A stretch of DNA of 64,000 bases from Deinococcota bacterium (GTDB lineage Bacteria; Deinococcota; Deinococci; Deinococcales; Thermaceae): the NCBI GenBank assembly GCA_041695225.1, contig JBGFRI010000003.1, positions 86,325 to 150,324 on the forward strand. Reading direction: 5' to 3'. Both the position numbers and the translations under genes were made by a program. Below are positions 45,592 to 55,360 of this stretch, one piece after another. The notes beneath the pieces are model-generated. The model did no database searches and was not told the DNA's origin. It saw only the letters and a list, made by a program, of their open reading frames with translations. Each line of letters begins with the position of its first letter. Position 1 is the stretch's first letter.

Positions 45592-48185
45592 ACCGCCTCC
45601 TCAAACCAGTCCCGGTACCGGCTGGTATCCACCCCGGATAGCTCACCCAGTGCAGGCAAAAGACCCTTCTGGGCCTCCAGCCGGCGCCTTTTAGCCACGT
45701 CAGAAGCACTCGAGGTAAAGGCCCAGTAGTCAAGCGGGGTAGGGGCCACCCGCAGAATGTCACCTCGCAAGCGGCTATCCTCCCCTCGCAACACGTAGAG
45801 CAGCTCGCTCCACTCGCCACTACGGCGCTCCAGGGTCATCAGATACTCCGCCACGCTAGACGGCAGGCCCAGAGTCTCCACCGCTAAAGACTCCTGCTCA
45901 GGTATCCGCAGGACCATAAAAATGCTGGTGGAGTCCAGCACCCCACGGACATAGGGACCCTGGTAGTCGGCAATGCTCTGGGTAATGGTCCAGATTCCGG
46001 CCCCATAAGAGCGAGCCCGCCGGTAAAGATCCACCACTAAAGCAGCTGAAGCTTCAATCTTGAAGACCGCGTGGGCCTCATCAAAAATGATGATTTTCTT
46101 CCGGTCCCGTGGGCTGTTATTCAGCCGGGCATAAATTAGCTGGGCAATCAGGGTAATGCCCAGTGCGGTTACCCGGGGATCGTCAAAAGCGTCAAACCCG
46201 GCAATGTCAAAGTAGATGACTGGATTGTCCCCCATCTTTACAGTGGTCTGACCGTCCAGGAAGCGTCCCATCGCCCCCTGAGTCCAGACCCCTAGTTCCA
46301 CTGCCAGCTTGCGGGCTAGAATTTTCTCCTCTGCCCCAATAGCCCGGCTCGAGAGTTTACTCAGGTTGGGCAGGGTGTTGAGCACATCGGATAGGGTGAC
46401 AGGACGGCCCAGGTGAAAAGTATCCTCCCCCGGAGTCCGCTCCAGGGCGGCTTGGTAAGCGGTCCGCACCGCTTCCATCCAGAGCTGCTCCTTGAGAAAA
46501 AGTTCGTCGTCCGGGGCGCCGCTTTTCAGAATATGAAAGACCCGCTGTAAAAAGGAGAGCTTCTCCTCCGACGGCTCGGTCTCACCGGCTGGCAGATCGA
46601 ACATGTTAAGCCGGACCCCTGCTCCGGGCGCAATGGGAATGACGGCACCCTGGGCCAGGGTGACCAGGGGGGTATAATCGCCCTTCTTATCGATAATAAT
46701 GAGATCCAGGCCGCCATCTGCCATCGCATCAGAGAGCAGCATCTGCACGGTAAAGGTCTTACCGGAGCCGGAAGCGCCCACCACAGCAGTATTCCAGTTG
46801 GTAGCCTTGGGATCAAAGAGATCAATGTTAGTAAAACTAGCGTAGCGGTTGGTGGTCAAGCAGGTAGCGCTCTTGAGCTTTGGCCGCACCCAGGGGCCAA
46901 AAAACACCGCTGCCTGGCTAACATTATCGCTCAGAGCAGTAAACCGCGTGTCCTGACTCCGGCCCGAGAACGGCAGCAGCAGGCTCAGCGGATAGGCCAG
47001 GTACTCCCGGCTGCGCCGCCACCGGGCCCCCAGGGTATCCCCTAAGCGGGGCAGTAGTATCCGCTCGATAGCGTCCAGGTCTTCTACGCTGTCACCCCGT
47101 ATCAGCAGGCTAGCTCCCCAGCGCAGAAAGTGCTCGCCAGTGCGCTCCTGCCGCCGCAGGGCCTCCAGCAGATCCCCCACCGCATTGGCCACACTGGACT
47201 CCGGGGCCGTGCTGGTATCGTTGTTAAGCTGCCAGGCCTGCCTCTTGCGGTTCTCCAGCCCCTGCATCACCTGGCTCTGCACCGAATGCTCCACATCCAG
47301 CACCAGATAGGCCCGCTCTCGCAGCAACGCCCGGTTGAGCAGACCGTACTCGGTACTGCTGGGTGGCCCGTACATGTAATACAGGCGTAGATAATCCAGG
47401 CCTAAGTGCAGGTAGTCCCGGGCCACATTATAAATCTCGGTATTACTCAGACTGCGCTTCAGGGTTTGCGGGTCCAGCTCGGGGTTGCGCTTCAGGGTCT
47501 GCTCGGTGGCATATGCAAAATCGGGCAGGTATGGGTTGGGGGGTTCGTGATCATTGAGAAAGCGGTAGCACAGAGCAAAGATTGCCTGGTCGTCCATGGC
47601 TTCAGCTGCAAACCCCGCCCGCTGCAAATACCCCACCAGGCTCTCCCGAATGGCCCGGGCCTGTTCTAAAGTCTGCTCGAGTTCCAGCGGGGCAAAAGGC
47701 GTGTAGTGAGCCGCCTTTCCACCAGATCCAAGCGCCGCCGCCGCCCGGCCCAGCAGGTAGGTTAGCGGGTTGCCGCCTCCCACCCGCTTCTCCCCGCCGC
47801 TTACTATGAAATAAACCCGCCAGCTCAGGCGCTGGCCTTTACCGGCCAGGTCTTCCTGCATCCGGGCCCGCTCCTCCGCCAGTATCCGGAAGACTGGCTG
47901 GCCCCGATTCTTACCAGCACGGTAAGCAGCAATCTCCTCAACACTGCCGTAGCGGGACTCCACGATGATGCGCAGCCGCTCCCCAGCAGGCACCACGCTT
48001 TCCAGCACTCCCCGCAGCTGGTTCAGCAAGCCCAGCCGGTCGCCATGGGTGCGAAACAGATCAGGCCCTACGTCTGCTGCCACCCCCACCTCAAACCGGC
48101 CGTCCTCTAAGAACATCACCCCCTGGTGAATCTCCCAGTAGGGTAGCAGTGTGTGTAACGGCTTGCTGTACACTGTGCCTCTCAA
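45579..48185 (-). CDS. virB4: VirB4-family T4SS ATPase (true start may be GTG at 48173)
   Basis: GASGSGKT, IIDKKGDY, IFDEAH and RRARSYG....ITQS..D. Confidence 0.92.
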   Translation of the reverse strand: MRGTVYSKPLHTLLPYWEIHQGVMFLEDGRFEVGVAADVGPDLFRTHGDRLGLLNQLRGVLESVVPAGERLRIIVESRYGSVEEIAAYRAGKNRGQPVFRILAEERARMQEDLAGKGQRLSWRVYFIVSGGEKRVGGGNPLTYLLGRAAAALGSGGKAAHYTPFAPLELEQTLEQARAIRESLVGYLQRAGFAAEAMDDQAIFALCYRFLNDHEPPNPYLPDFAYATEQTLKRNPELDPQTLKRSLSNTEIYNVARDYLHLGLDYLRLYYMYGPPSSTEYGLLNRALLRERAYLVLDVEHSVQSQVMQGLENRKRQAWQLNNDTSTAPESSVANAVGDLLEALRRQERTGEHFLRWGASLLIRGDSVEDLDAIERILLPRLGDTLGARWRRSREYLAYPLSLLLPFSGRSQDTRFTALSDNVSQAAVFFGPWVRPKLKSATCLTTNRYASFTNIDLFDPKATNWNTAVVGASGSGKTFTVQMLLSDAMADGGLDLIIIDKKGDYTPLVTLAQGAVIPIAPGAGVRLNMFDLPAGETEPSEEKLSFLQRVFHILKSGAPDDELFLKEQLWMEAVRTAYQAALERTPGEDTFHLGRPVTLSDVLNTLPNLSKLSSRAIGAEEKILARKLAVELGVWTQGAMGRFLDGQTTVKMGDNPVIYFDIAGFDAFDDPRVTALGITLIAQLIYARLNNSPRDRKKIIIFDEAHAVFKIEASAALVVDLYRRARSYGAGIWTITQSIADYQGPYVRGVLDSTSIFMVLRIPEQESLAVETLGLPSSVAEYLMTLERRSGEWSELLYVLRGEDSRLRGDILRVAPTPLDYWAFTSSASDVAKRRRLEAQKGLLPALGELSGVDTSRYRDWFEEAVCGR

Positions 48186-48502
48186 TCGTCGATCAGGTGC
48201 GGATCCAGCACCAGGGGTACGTGCTGGCGGTCACGGTCAGGCCGGTAATGCTGGCCCATAGCAATGTTCTTTTGCAGATGTATCAGGGCCCGGCCAGGGA
48301 AGTTGTCACGCAACAACCCGGAGAAGCGCAAAACTACAAAAGCGGCCAGGAACGAGCCGCCAATCCCCCACCAGCCCCAGCCCAGGCCATTGCCGAGCTG
48401 CATCCCGCCAAACAGGACCAGGCCAGCCAGCCCGATCTGCACCGGCTGGTAGCCCATGACGGTATATACCCGGTCCAGGTTTGGGCAGCGAAGGGGTTCC
48501 AT
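48182..48502 (-). CDS. VirB3-like membrane protein
   Basis: About 100 aa with two TM helices, between the pilin and virB4. Confidence 0.6.
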   Translation of the reverse strand: MEPLRCPNLDRVYTVMGYQPVQIGLAGLVLFGGMQLGNGLGWGWWGIGGSFLAAFVVLRFSGLLRDNFPGRALIHLQKNIAMGQHYRPDRDRQHVPLVLDPHLIDD

Positions 48503-48523
48503 GGCTCACTATTGAGGCTGCTC

Positions 48524-48895
48524 TTACTGCCGGGGTCTGGTACAAAAAATAGTATTACCTTCTACACGCGGTCCAGTTCCAGGGTTAGCCGCGGTATTCA
48601 GCGTCAGCCCGGTAAAAACCTGCTGAATGGAGCCAAAGTTAAATAGCAGGATGGCCCCGATACCGGCAGCAACGGCCAGGCCCTTAGCAGCGCGTGAATC
48701 GATAGCAAAATACATCACTACCGCGACTGCCAGCAACGCGATGATGATCAGACGCCCAACCGTCCCGGTCAGGATATTGACAAACGGGCAGAGTATATCC
48801 CCCACCCGGTTGGCAGCATCCTGCTCTATCGTCTGCCCGAAGGCCACGCCCAGCAACATCAAGCCGATGAAAAACAGCGGTTTGTACAAGTTCAT
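48524..48895 (-). CDS. VirB2/TrbC-like pilin
   Basis: Signal peptide plus two hydrophobic helices (LTGTVGRLIIIALLAV); first gene of the operon; GAGGAGAG RBS. Confidence 0.75.
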   Translation of the reverse strand: MNLYKPLFFIGLMLLGVAFGQTIEQDAANRVGDILCPFVNILTGTVGRLIIIALLAVAVVMYFAIDSRAAKGLAVAAGIGAILLFNFGSIQQVFTGLTLNTAANPGTGPRVEGNTIFCTRPRQ

Positions 48896-48997
48896 AAGCT
48901 TCTCCTCTCCTCTTTAGGTATATCATTGCTCCGTGTCACTTGCAGGGGTTCTCACCCGCTACACTAACCACCGGTGTTCCCCTGCTAAGATAATAAC

Positions 48998-50869
48998 ATG
49001 CAAACTCCTGTAAGCCAACAATATATGAGGGAGACCCTCGAGGCCCTCCGCCTGGCCCTGGGGGGAGAGCTGCCCGAGCCCAATACCCCGGCCTTTGAAC
49101 AGGCCCTGCGCCGGATCCAGCGGGAGCGGCCAGAGCTGCTGGATGCGCTCAAGAGCCTGCAGGACCCGGAGGCCATCCCGCCGCCCAACCAGGTTCATAA
49201 GACCACCCTGAAAGAATTTGCCGGCGCGGCTCGGCGGGCTAGATCAGTGGAGAAGACTCAGGGTCTGCTCAACCGCTGGCTGGGCATAAAGGATCCCCGC
49301 CGGGACAGAACCCATTTCAACTACCGGCTGATGGCGGTAATACTGGGCCTGCTGGTTCTGCTGGGGGGCACGCTCTGGGCTTTCTGGCCGGCCCTGAGTC
49401 AGGCGCTGGCTGGAAGGCAGGCGCCTCCTGCCGTCGAAACCACTACACCAGCTACAGCCCCCGCCACAAACAATCTGGCAGGCGGTCTCCCGGTAGCCAG
49501 TCCCCACCCAGTGGAGATGGGAGCAGCGCCCCCTTCTCCAGAAATGGCCGTGCCGCCCGGTATGGACCCGGCCGGCGGAGCCGTTCCCACCCAGCCTGGT
49601 GCCACTCCTCCTGTTCCCATGCCTCCGGCTCCCGGAGCCTGGGGTGCAGGTCCTAATGCCCAGCCGGTACCACCGCCCCCTCTACCTGAGTATGCCGCTA
49701 CCCCGGCGCCCCCGGCTGTCCCTCCGACGGCGGCCGCAGCTGGTGGTGGTACCGGTGTAGTGGCGACTACTGCCCCAGCCCCAGCCTTCAATCCAGTCAC
49801 GCTTGCCCGCGCCCAGCAGCCGCCCGCCGCAGCCAGTGTGGTTGCTCTCCAAGACCCAGCTGCCAACGCCGGTGAGGCAGGCCAGCCAGGAGCAGCACCG
49901 GGGGCTGCAAATAACTATGTAGCCAGTCTGGTCGCTGCCAGCAACAGACACACTGTACTGGAAGGCAGCCGGCGGGAAGGACGCAGCCCAGTAGTTTTCC
50001 AGAGCGAAGCCCGGGCTCAGACCGAGCATACTGCCATGCGTCAGCCCACTCCTGAAGGCCGGCATCTGGCCCTGTCCCCGGTCGATCAGAATGCTGACCG
50101 TGCAGATAATAACCTGGGACAGGCTCCCGCAAACCCACCCCCTACCGTCTCTGCACCAGCAGGTGAGATCAGGCCCGCTATCCCGGCGCCGGCTCCTGCA
50201 GCTGCTCCTATACCCGCCCCCGTACCCGCTCCAGGTACAGCCAATGACCTCCTGGCGCCCATGCCTGGCACCGGGCCACTGTCCAGGCCAGCCCCTCCTA
50301 CCCCGGCCCCCAACCTGGTTCTGACCGAGTACCCCTTTGAGATCGGGGAAAAGCAGAAGGGGGAGCTGATCTCAGGGGTAGTAATCCCCGAGGGCTCAAC
50401 CCAGGCTGCGCTGATGGTACGCACTACCGAGGGCTACCATTTCTTTGGCGCCGCCACCCTGGACCGGGCCGGGCGCCTGCAGATACAGTTTGACCGGGCT
50501 TACAAAGGTCGTCGGGCTTATGTGGTGCGGGCGGTTGGTTTGGATGAGCGCGGCATCGCTGGGATACCTGCCAGTGTCAGCGAGCAGACCCCCAACCTGC
50601 TAAACAATCTCCTGCGGGGAGCAGCCACCGGCCTGGTATCTTACATTGACTTTTACACCAGGGCCAGCACCACCACCATTCTGCCTGGCGGAGGGATTGC
50701 CACTGCTACCGTCCCACCTCCACTTGGACTAACCCTTCTGGCTGGCTCGGCCAGACAGATTGCTGCCCCGCCTGATATGACCAGTGTGGTACGGGTATGG
50801 AGCCTGGAGCCAGGTACCAGAATGCAGATTCTGATCGTGCCGGGGGATGCGGGTGGCAACACTCGTTGA
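48998..50869 (+). CDS. VirB10/TrbI-like bitopic protein with Pro/Ala-rich linker
   Basis: Single TM helix, long Pro-rich stalk, C-terminal beta domain (GRLQIQFDR...GIPA...LEPGT); leaderless TAAGAT-N6-ATG. Confidence 0.6.
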   Translation: MQTPVSQQYMRETLEALRLALGGELPEPNTPAFEQALRRIQRERPELLDALKSLQDPEAIPPPNQVHKTTLKEFAGAARRARSVEKTQGLLNRWLGIKDPRRDRTHFNYRLMAVILGLLVLLGGTLWAFWPALSQALAGRQAPPAVETTTPATAPATNNLAGGLPVASPHPVEMGAAPPSPEMAVPPGMDPAGGAVPTQPGATPPVPMPPAPGAWGAGPNAQPVPPPPLPEYAATPAPPAVPPTAAAAGGGTGVVATTAPAPAFNPVTLARAQQPPAAASVVALQDPAANAGEAGQPGAAPGAANNYVASLVAASNRHTVLEGSRREGRSPVVFQSEARAQTEHTAMRQPTPEGRHLALSPVDQNADRADNNLGQAPANPPPTVSAPAGEIRPAIPAPAPAAAPIPAPVPAPGTANDLLAPMPGTGPLSRPAPPTPAPNLVLTEYPFEIGEKQKGELISGVVIPEGSTQAALMVRTTEGYHFFGAATLDRAGRLQIQFDRAYKGRRAYVVRAVGLDERGIAGIPASVSEQTPNLLNNLLRGAATGLVSYIDFYTRASTTTILPGGGIATATVPPPLGLTLLAGSARQIAAPPDMTSVVRVWSLEPGTRMQILIVPGDAGGNTR

Positions 50870-51383
50870 GACCCCATTACAGGCCCTGCACTGCGATAAA
50901 GCCTATAGCTGGCAACAGTTCGCCCGGCGCTGGCCAGCAGTTCAGCCAGCCAGTCTACCGGGGGTGGTGGTGGTAGAGCGCAGCATTGCAGAGATTCTCA
51001 AGGGCCAGCCTCTCCAGGTAAGATTTGTGACACTCGAGGCGCTGGCAGAAGAGGAAGGTTTTACCCTGCGGCACCTAGCTGGGGTAGCCGAAATGCGCTA
51101 CGCCCTCAGGGCCCGGGGTGAGGACTGGGTCAACGACGCCGGCACCATACACCTGGACTCCACCCCCGATGCCGTCTGGCACAACCCGGAAGGCCCCTGC
51201 GCCATTGAGTACGATCTGCGCTATAACCGCCAGGTGGTGCTACGCAAGCAGCAGGACTACCTCCGCATTTATAACCACCAATACTGGGGCGTAGCAGTCC
51301 CCTCCCGGGCGCTGTATCTGAAGCGTACCTTGAAGCCCGGCCCGCGCACCCATACCATGCTGGCCCCGTGGTACCGGGACTAG
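50847..51383 (+). CDS. Replication-relaxation (MOBC-like) PD-(D/E)xK protein, possible relaxase
   Basis: LRHLAGVAE and PDAVW...AIEYD..Y.....RK...Y. Confidence 0.5.
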   Translation: MRVATLVETPLQALHCDKAYSWQQFARRWPAVQPASLPGVVVVERSIAEILKGQPLQVRFVTLEALAEEEGFTLRHLAGVAEMRYALRARGEDWVNDAGTIHLDSTPDAVWHNPEGPCAIEYDLRYNRQVVLRKQQDYLRIYNHQYWGVAVPSRALYLKRTLKPGPRTHTMLAPWYRD

Positions 51384-51463
51384 CCAGTTTTGGAGGAATA
51401 TCGTGAATGATACCTGCCGCACGGGTCTGGTGTAGCTGGCCCGGTGTATCTCCTATCGGGTTT

Positions 51464-51496
51464 TATTATAGTAATAACTAAGATATGGGTGTAAGA
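51464..51496. promoter_or_regulatory. Imperfect copy of the 12-9-12 palindrome overlapping two divergent -10 boxes
   Basis: Right arm ATGGGTGTAAGA is perfect (51485-51496); left arm TATTATAGTAAT matches 7/12. Confidence 0.55.
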
Positions 51497-51521
51497 TTTG
51501 GGCTGATAGGAGGTTACACTC

Positions 51522-51848
51522 ATGACCACCCCTCATCAGCTCGCCTACCATGAAAACGAGCTAAAGCGCCTGCAAGCCGCTCTGGCTAGTCTGATCCCAC
51601 TGGGAATTAAATGGCGGCAGATCAAATGCGGGAAAAAGTGTCGTTGCCAGCAGGGGCTGCTTCACGGCCCCTACCCCTACCTGCGCATAAAGCGGGATGG
51701 GAAGTGGGTACACCATTACCTGGGCAGGGACTGGGAGCCCCCGGCAGGGATATGCAAGCCCAGCCAGTACCGTCGGCTGATGCGCCAGTACCGGGAGCGC
51801 CTGAAGGAGGTTGAACGGCTACGCGACCAGCTAGCCCGGGCCAGCTAA
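51522..51848 (+). CDS. DUF6788-like small basic protein
   Basis: KCGKKCRC....HGPYPYL...RDGK....YLG. Confidence 0.7.
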   Translation: MTTPHQLAYHENELKRLQAALASLIPLGIKWRQIKCGKKCRCQQGLLHGPYPYLRIKRDGKWVHHYLGRDWEPPAGICKPSQYRRLMRQYRERLKEVERLRDQLARAS

Positions 51849-51998
51849 AGCCTCACCAGGCTCCGGTAAGGGTAGTCGCTCCGGCGCTAATGATATATAA
51901 TCCCTCAATAGGAGGGCCTGCGTTTGTCAGGCTCTCCGGGGAGCTTGACAGTTAGACACAGGACCTCCTGCCCCCCCAAGGGGAAAGGAGGTGGATAT

Positions 51999-52130
51999 AT
52001 GAAGTACCTGCAGTGGGCAGCTGTTTTCGCTGCCCAGTTCATCGCCTGGTTTAGCGGCCCCCTCACAGGGGTTGCTGTAACCGGGCTAATGCTCGCCCTC
52101 TGGTGGTTCCGCCACCAGAGAACATCCTAA
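51999..52130 (+). CDS. 43-aa hydrophobic peptide, type I toxin-like
   Basis: AAAGGAGGT RBS sequestered by upstream ACCTCCT; hydrophobic, Trp-rich, basic C-terminus. Confidence 0.55.
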   Translation: MKYLQWAAVFAAQFIAWFSGPLTGVAVTGLMLALWWFRHQRTS

Positions 52131-52173
52131 AGCTCCCACCCCCCTGAGATTCCGGGTCTCAGGGGGGACTCTT

Positions 52174-52923
52174 TTAATCCACCAACCCCTGCATGGCCCT
52201 CAGAGCAGCCTCGAGGTGCCGCTCTTCCGGCTGGGCCACGGTATAGCGCTGGCCCCACAGACCAAATTGCAGCAGGCGGCTGGCCAGGGGATTCTGGTCG
52301 GCGTTCCTGGCCGTCCAGCCAAACAGCGGCAGCAGCGGTAACAGCAGTAGCATGTAGGCCCAGAAAGGCAGCAACACCGAGATGGGGATCAGCGGCAGGG
52401 TCAGGACAGCCAGGTTGGTGCCGCAGGAGCGGTGCAGCCGGGGCTGCTGCCTGGCCTGCTCCAGGGTGAGGGGCAGACCTTTCTCTACAGTATGGGCCAC
52501 CATATGCTCGGCCCCGTGGTAGCGACCCAGGTTCAGGACGCCCTGCCGGAAGGGCGGGTGGAAGCGGTAAAAGACCCAGAACATCCCGCCCAGGAAGACC
52601 AGGGCAAACAGCAGCCGCTGCCACTCCGGTGCGGTGATTATTTCCCGCAGCAGCAGGCCTATCGGAGCGCCAATCAGGGAAGCCACCACCATGCCCTTGA
52701 AATCCGGGCTCTCCCGGTAAATATGTCCTATCGCCCGCCCGCCCTCTAGCAGCAGAAGTCCCATTGAGCCTAGCGGCCCAGCGCGTAGCCAGCGGGGATG
52801 GACCTCGCGGCTGTAGTGTTGCAGGCCCTGGGCGTCGTGGTAGGCCACCGAGACCCGGTGCTTGCTCACGAACATTACGCCCTGGGGTAAGGCCATGCCG
52901 CCGATCAGGTCCTTCTCGTTCAT
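52174..52923 (-). CDS. DUF1385 (YqhQ-like) membrane protein
   Basis: IGGMALPQGVM, YHGAEH, R.HRSCGTN and Q..TVAQP. Confidence 0.85.
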   Translation of the reverse strand: MNEKDLIGGMALPQGVMFVSKHRVSVAYHDAQGLQHYSREVHPRWLRAGPLGSMGLLLLEGGRAIGHIYRESPDFKGMVVASLIGAPIGLLLREIITAPEWQRLLFALVFLGGMFWVFYRFHPPFRQGVLNLGRYHGAEHMVAHTVEKGLPLTLEQARQQPRLHRSCGTNLAVLTLPLIPISVLLPFWAYMLLLLPLLPLFGWTARNADQNPLASRLLQFGLWGQRYTVAQPEERHLEAALRAMQGLVD

Positions 52924-53009
52924 AAACTGATTGTAGCTGCTGGAACAACCGGATAGCAGGACAAATGAGAAGAGCCACTCCTATTTAGTTTGCATATATA
53001 ATACTCCTG

Positions 53010-54593
53010 ATGCCGGTGTCTCTTTCGCCTCCAACGGCTCCACTAACCCAGCTCCATCAAGTACAAACAATGGCGCTGAAGAACGTGCTGAGCCTGCTTG
53101 AGCAAGGTCATAACCGGCAGCTGGTGGTAATGGCTACCGGGGTAGGAAAGACACTCTGGAGTGTCCACCTCTCCACCCGGTTTACCAGGACCCTGTTCCT
53201 GGTGCATTTTGAAGAGCTGCTGAGTCAGTCAGTAGAAGCATTTGCCGAGAATCTACCCGGCCTCGAAGTGGGGCAGATCTGGAAGAAGCGCAACGACCTG
53301 CACACCCCAGTAACTGTTGGGATGATTCCCAGCCTGGCTCGCCGCCTTGAGCACATCCCCCCGCAGCACTTTGACCTGGTAGTAGTCGATGAAGCCCATC
53401 ACGCTCGTAGCCGTACCTGGGAACAGGTCATTCAGCACTTTCGACCACGGCTTCTGCTGGGCCTCTCGGCTACTCCCAACCGGGCCGATGGCCGTAGCCT
53501 GCTCTCGCTGTTTGATACCCTGGCTTTCAGCTATCGGCTGGCTCAGGCAGTACGCGAGGGTTTTCTGGTGCCACCAAAAATCCTGGAGGTCTCCACCAAC
53601 CAGCCGCTGCGTATCAAACGACACGGCGAAGACTATGATAATCATCAACTAAACCAGGCCGTAGATACTCCCGAACGTAACCGCCTGATTGTAGAAACTG
53701 TTGCTGAGCACGCTCTTGATCGCAAGGGTGTGGTCTATGCGAGTGGAGTAGCCCATGCCGAACACCTGGCGGCCATGTTTCGCTCAGTTGGGATTTCTGC
53801 CCAGAGTGTCCATGGTGAGGATCCTCAGCGCAAAGAAAAACTCCTGAGCCACCGGCGCGGTGACTTTCAGATTCTGACCAATGCCATGCTCCTGGTGGAA
53901 TCCTACGATGATCCCAGCATTAACCTGGGTGTGATGGCCCGGCCAACTGCTTCACCTACCCTGTATGAGCAGGCCCTGGGCCGCCCAGCCCGGCTGTTGC
54001 GCAAAGGCCAGACCTGGAGCGGTAAACCCAAGGATGACTACCTGTGGATTGACCTGATGGACGTGGGTCTGGATGATCGCTGCCGGGTCTGGGAGTTCTT
54101 TGGAGTGCATGAGATCTACCATGATGACCGGCGGGCGCCTCGACTGCGTACCCTCTCACAACCGCCCACACGGCGCGAGGCAATTGAGGCTGCACATGCC
54201 GAGCTTCCTGCTGCTTACCAGCACAATATCCCGCTCGAGCGCTACCTGACCTGGGCTGAACGCCTGGCCGATCCACCCCCTTTTCGCCTGGAGGAAGAAC
54301 TCGAGCGCCTTTGGCGCAAACAACCAGCCACTGAGGTTCAGCTACGCCTTTTAGAAGCTCACGGCTATGACACGGTTCAGACTGCCTGGAGCAAAGGGGA
54401 TGCTTCAGAGGTAATTGGCAACCTGGAGCCCTCGCCTAAGCAAAAGGCTCGTCTACTGGCTCTGGGATACAACACCCTAACTCGCAGATGGACTAGAAAT
54501 CAGGCTACAGTAGCTTTTCAGGAGTCAGAAGAACAGGAACGCAAGCCTGACTGGAACCGGGTCCGGGGGTTGGCCCCGCACTGGCTGGCGTAA
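53010..54593 (+). CDS. SF2 DEAD/DEAH helicase (ResIII/IRC3-like)
   Basis: MATGVGKT, DEAHH, SATP and QALGRPAR; leaderless TATAAT-N7-ATG. Confidence 0.9.
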   Translation: MPVSLSPPTAPLTQLHQVQTMALKNVLSLLEQGHNRQLVVMATGVGKTLWSVHLSTRFTRTLFLVHFEELLSQSVEAFAENLPGLEVGQIWKKRNDLHTPVTVGMIPSLARRLEHIPPQHFDLVVVDEAHHARSRTWEQVIQHFRPRLLLGLSATPNRADGRSLLSLFDTLAFSYRLAQAVREGFLVPPKILEVSTNQPLRIKRHGEDYDNHQLNQAVDTPERNRLIVETVAEHALDRKGVVYASGVAHAEHLAAMFRSVGISAQSVHGEDPQRKEKLLSHRRGDFQILTNAMLLVESYDDPSINLGVMARPTASPTLYEQALGRPARLLRKGQTWSGKPKDDYLWIDLMDVGLDDRCRVWEFFGVHEIYHDDRRAPRLRTLSQPPTRREAIEAAHAELPAAYQHNIPLERYLTWAERLADPPPFRLEEELERLWRKQPATEVQLRLLEAHGYDTVQTAWSKGDASEVIGNLEPSPKQKARLLALGYNTLTRRWTRNQATVAFQESEEQERKPDWNRVRGLAPHWLA

Positions 54594-54611
54594 AAACTCC
54601 ACAACCGGGCT

Positions 54612-55307
54612 TTAGTCGCGCCACTCCCCTGGCTCAGGACGGCTCCCCAGGGCTTCCAGCAGACTCCACTCCACTACACTGTAGTTCAGAATAGCCTGTG
54701 CAGGATGCAGATAGCCTTCAAAGCACAGCCCGGCAATACTACCATCCAGCATCACTCCCAGCGGGGCGGTACTGCTGCTGCCCAGAGCCTGTAACAGTGC
54801 CCGGAAAGCCCCTTTGATCAGCAAACGCTCCTCATCTATGTTCCAGTGCAACACCGGGCCCAGCTCGTAGACCGGGAAGCCCGGCCCTAAAGCCGGGTGG
54901 GACAGCTGCAAAACCGGCCGCACGGGGGTAAATTGCACCGGGGTCATACGATGGTGGACAGAAAGCAGGTAGATCCCCAGCAGCTCATTCTCCTGCTTGA
55001 GTTTCAAAGCCTGTTGTACAAAGATACCGGGGTTAAAGATCAGGTGGCTGGGAGCAACCTGGCTTCCCTGCCCCAGCAGCAGCCAGTCCACTGAGGTGGT
55101 ATGAGTACGGGCAAACTGGTACAGCCGGTGGTTGTTCAGATGCTCTAGCACCCGATCCGGATGCACCAGATCGGCCAGATTGTTGACCGGCCAGCCATAG
55201 TGATGCAGTACAGCGGGGGCCTGCAGGTAGCTGATGCCATGCCAGGCCAGCGCCATCAGCATCCGGCCGGGGATGGATCGAATCTGTTCAAGAGGATCGT
55301 TGATCAT
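54612..55307 (-). CDS. Hypothetical protein (possible HTH in the N-half)
   Basis: ORF with TSVDWLLLG, a motif typical of the end of Cro/CI HTH domains. Confidence 0.6.
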   Translation of the reverse strand: MINDPLEQIRSIPGRMLMALAWHGISYLQAPAVLHHYGWPVNNLADLVHPDRVLEHLNNHRLYQFARTHTTSVDWLLLGQGSQVAPSHLIFNPGIFVQQALKLKQENELLGIYLLSVHHRMTPVQFTPVRPVLQLSHPALGPGFPVYELGPVLHWNIDEERLLIKGAFRALLQALGSSSTAPLGVMLDGSIAGLCFEGYLHPAQAILNYSVVEWSLLEALGSRPEPGEWRD

Positions 55308-55360
55308 ATCTACTCTAAGCTGGTGTGCTGGGGGAGATTCCCCCAGCACTATTCCTCTGA

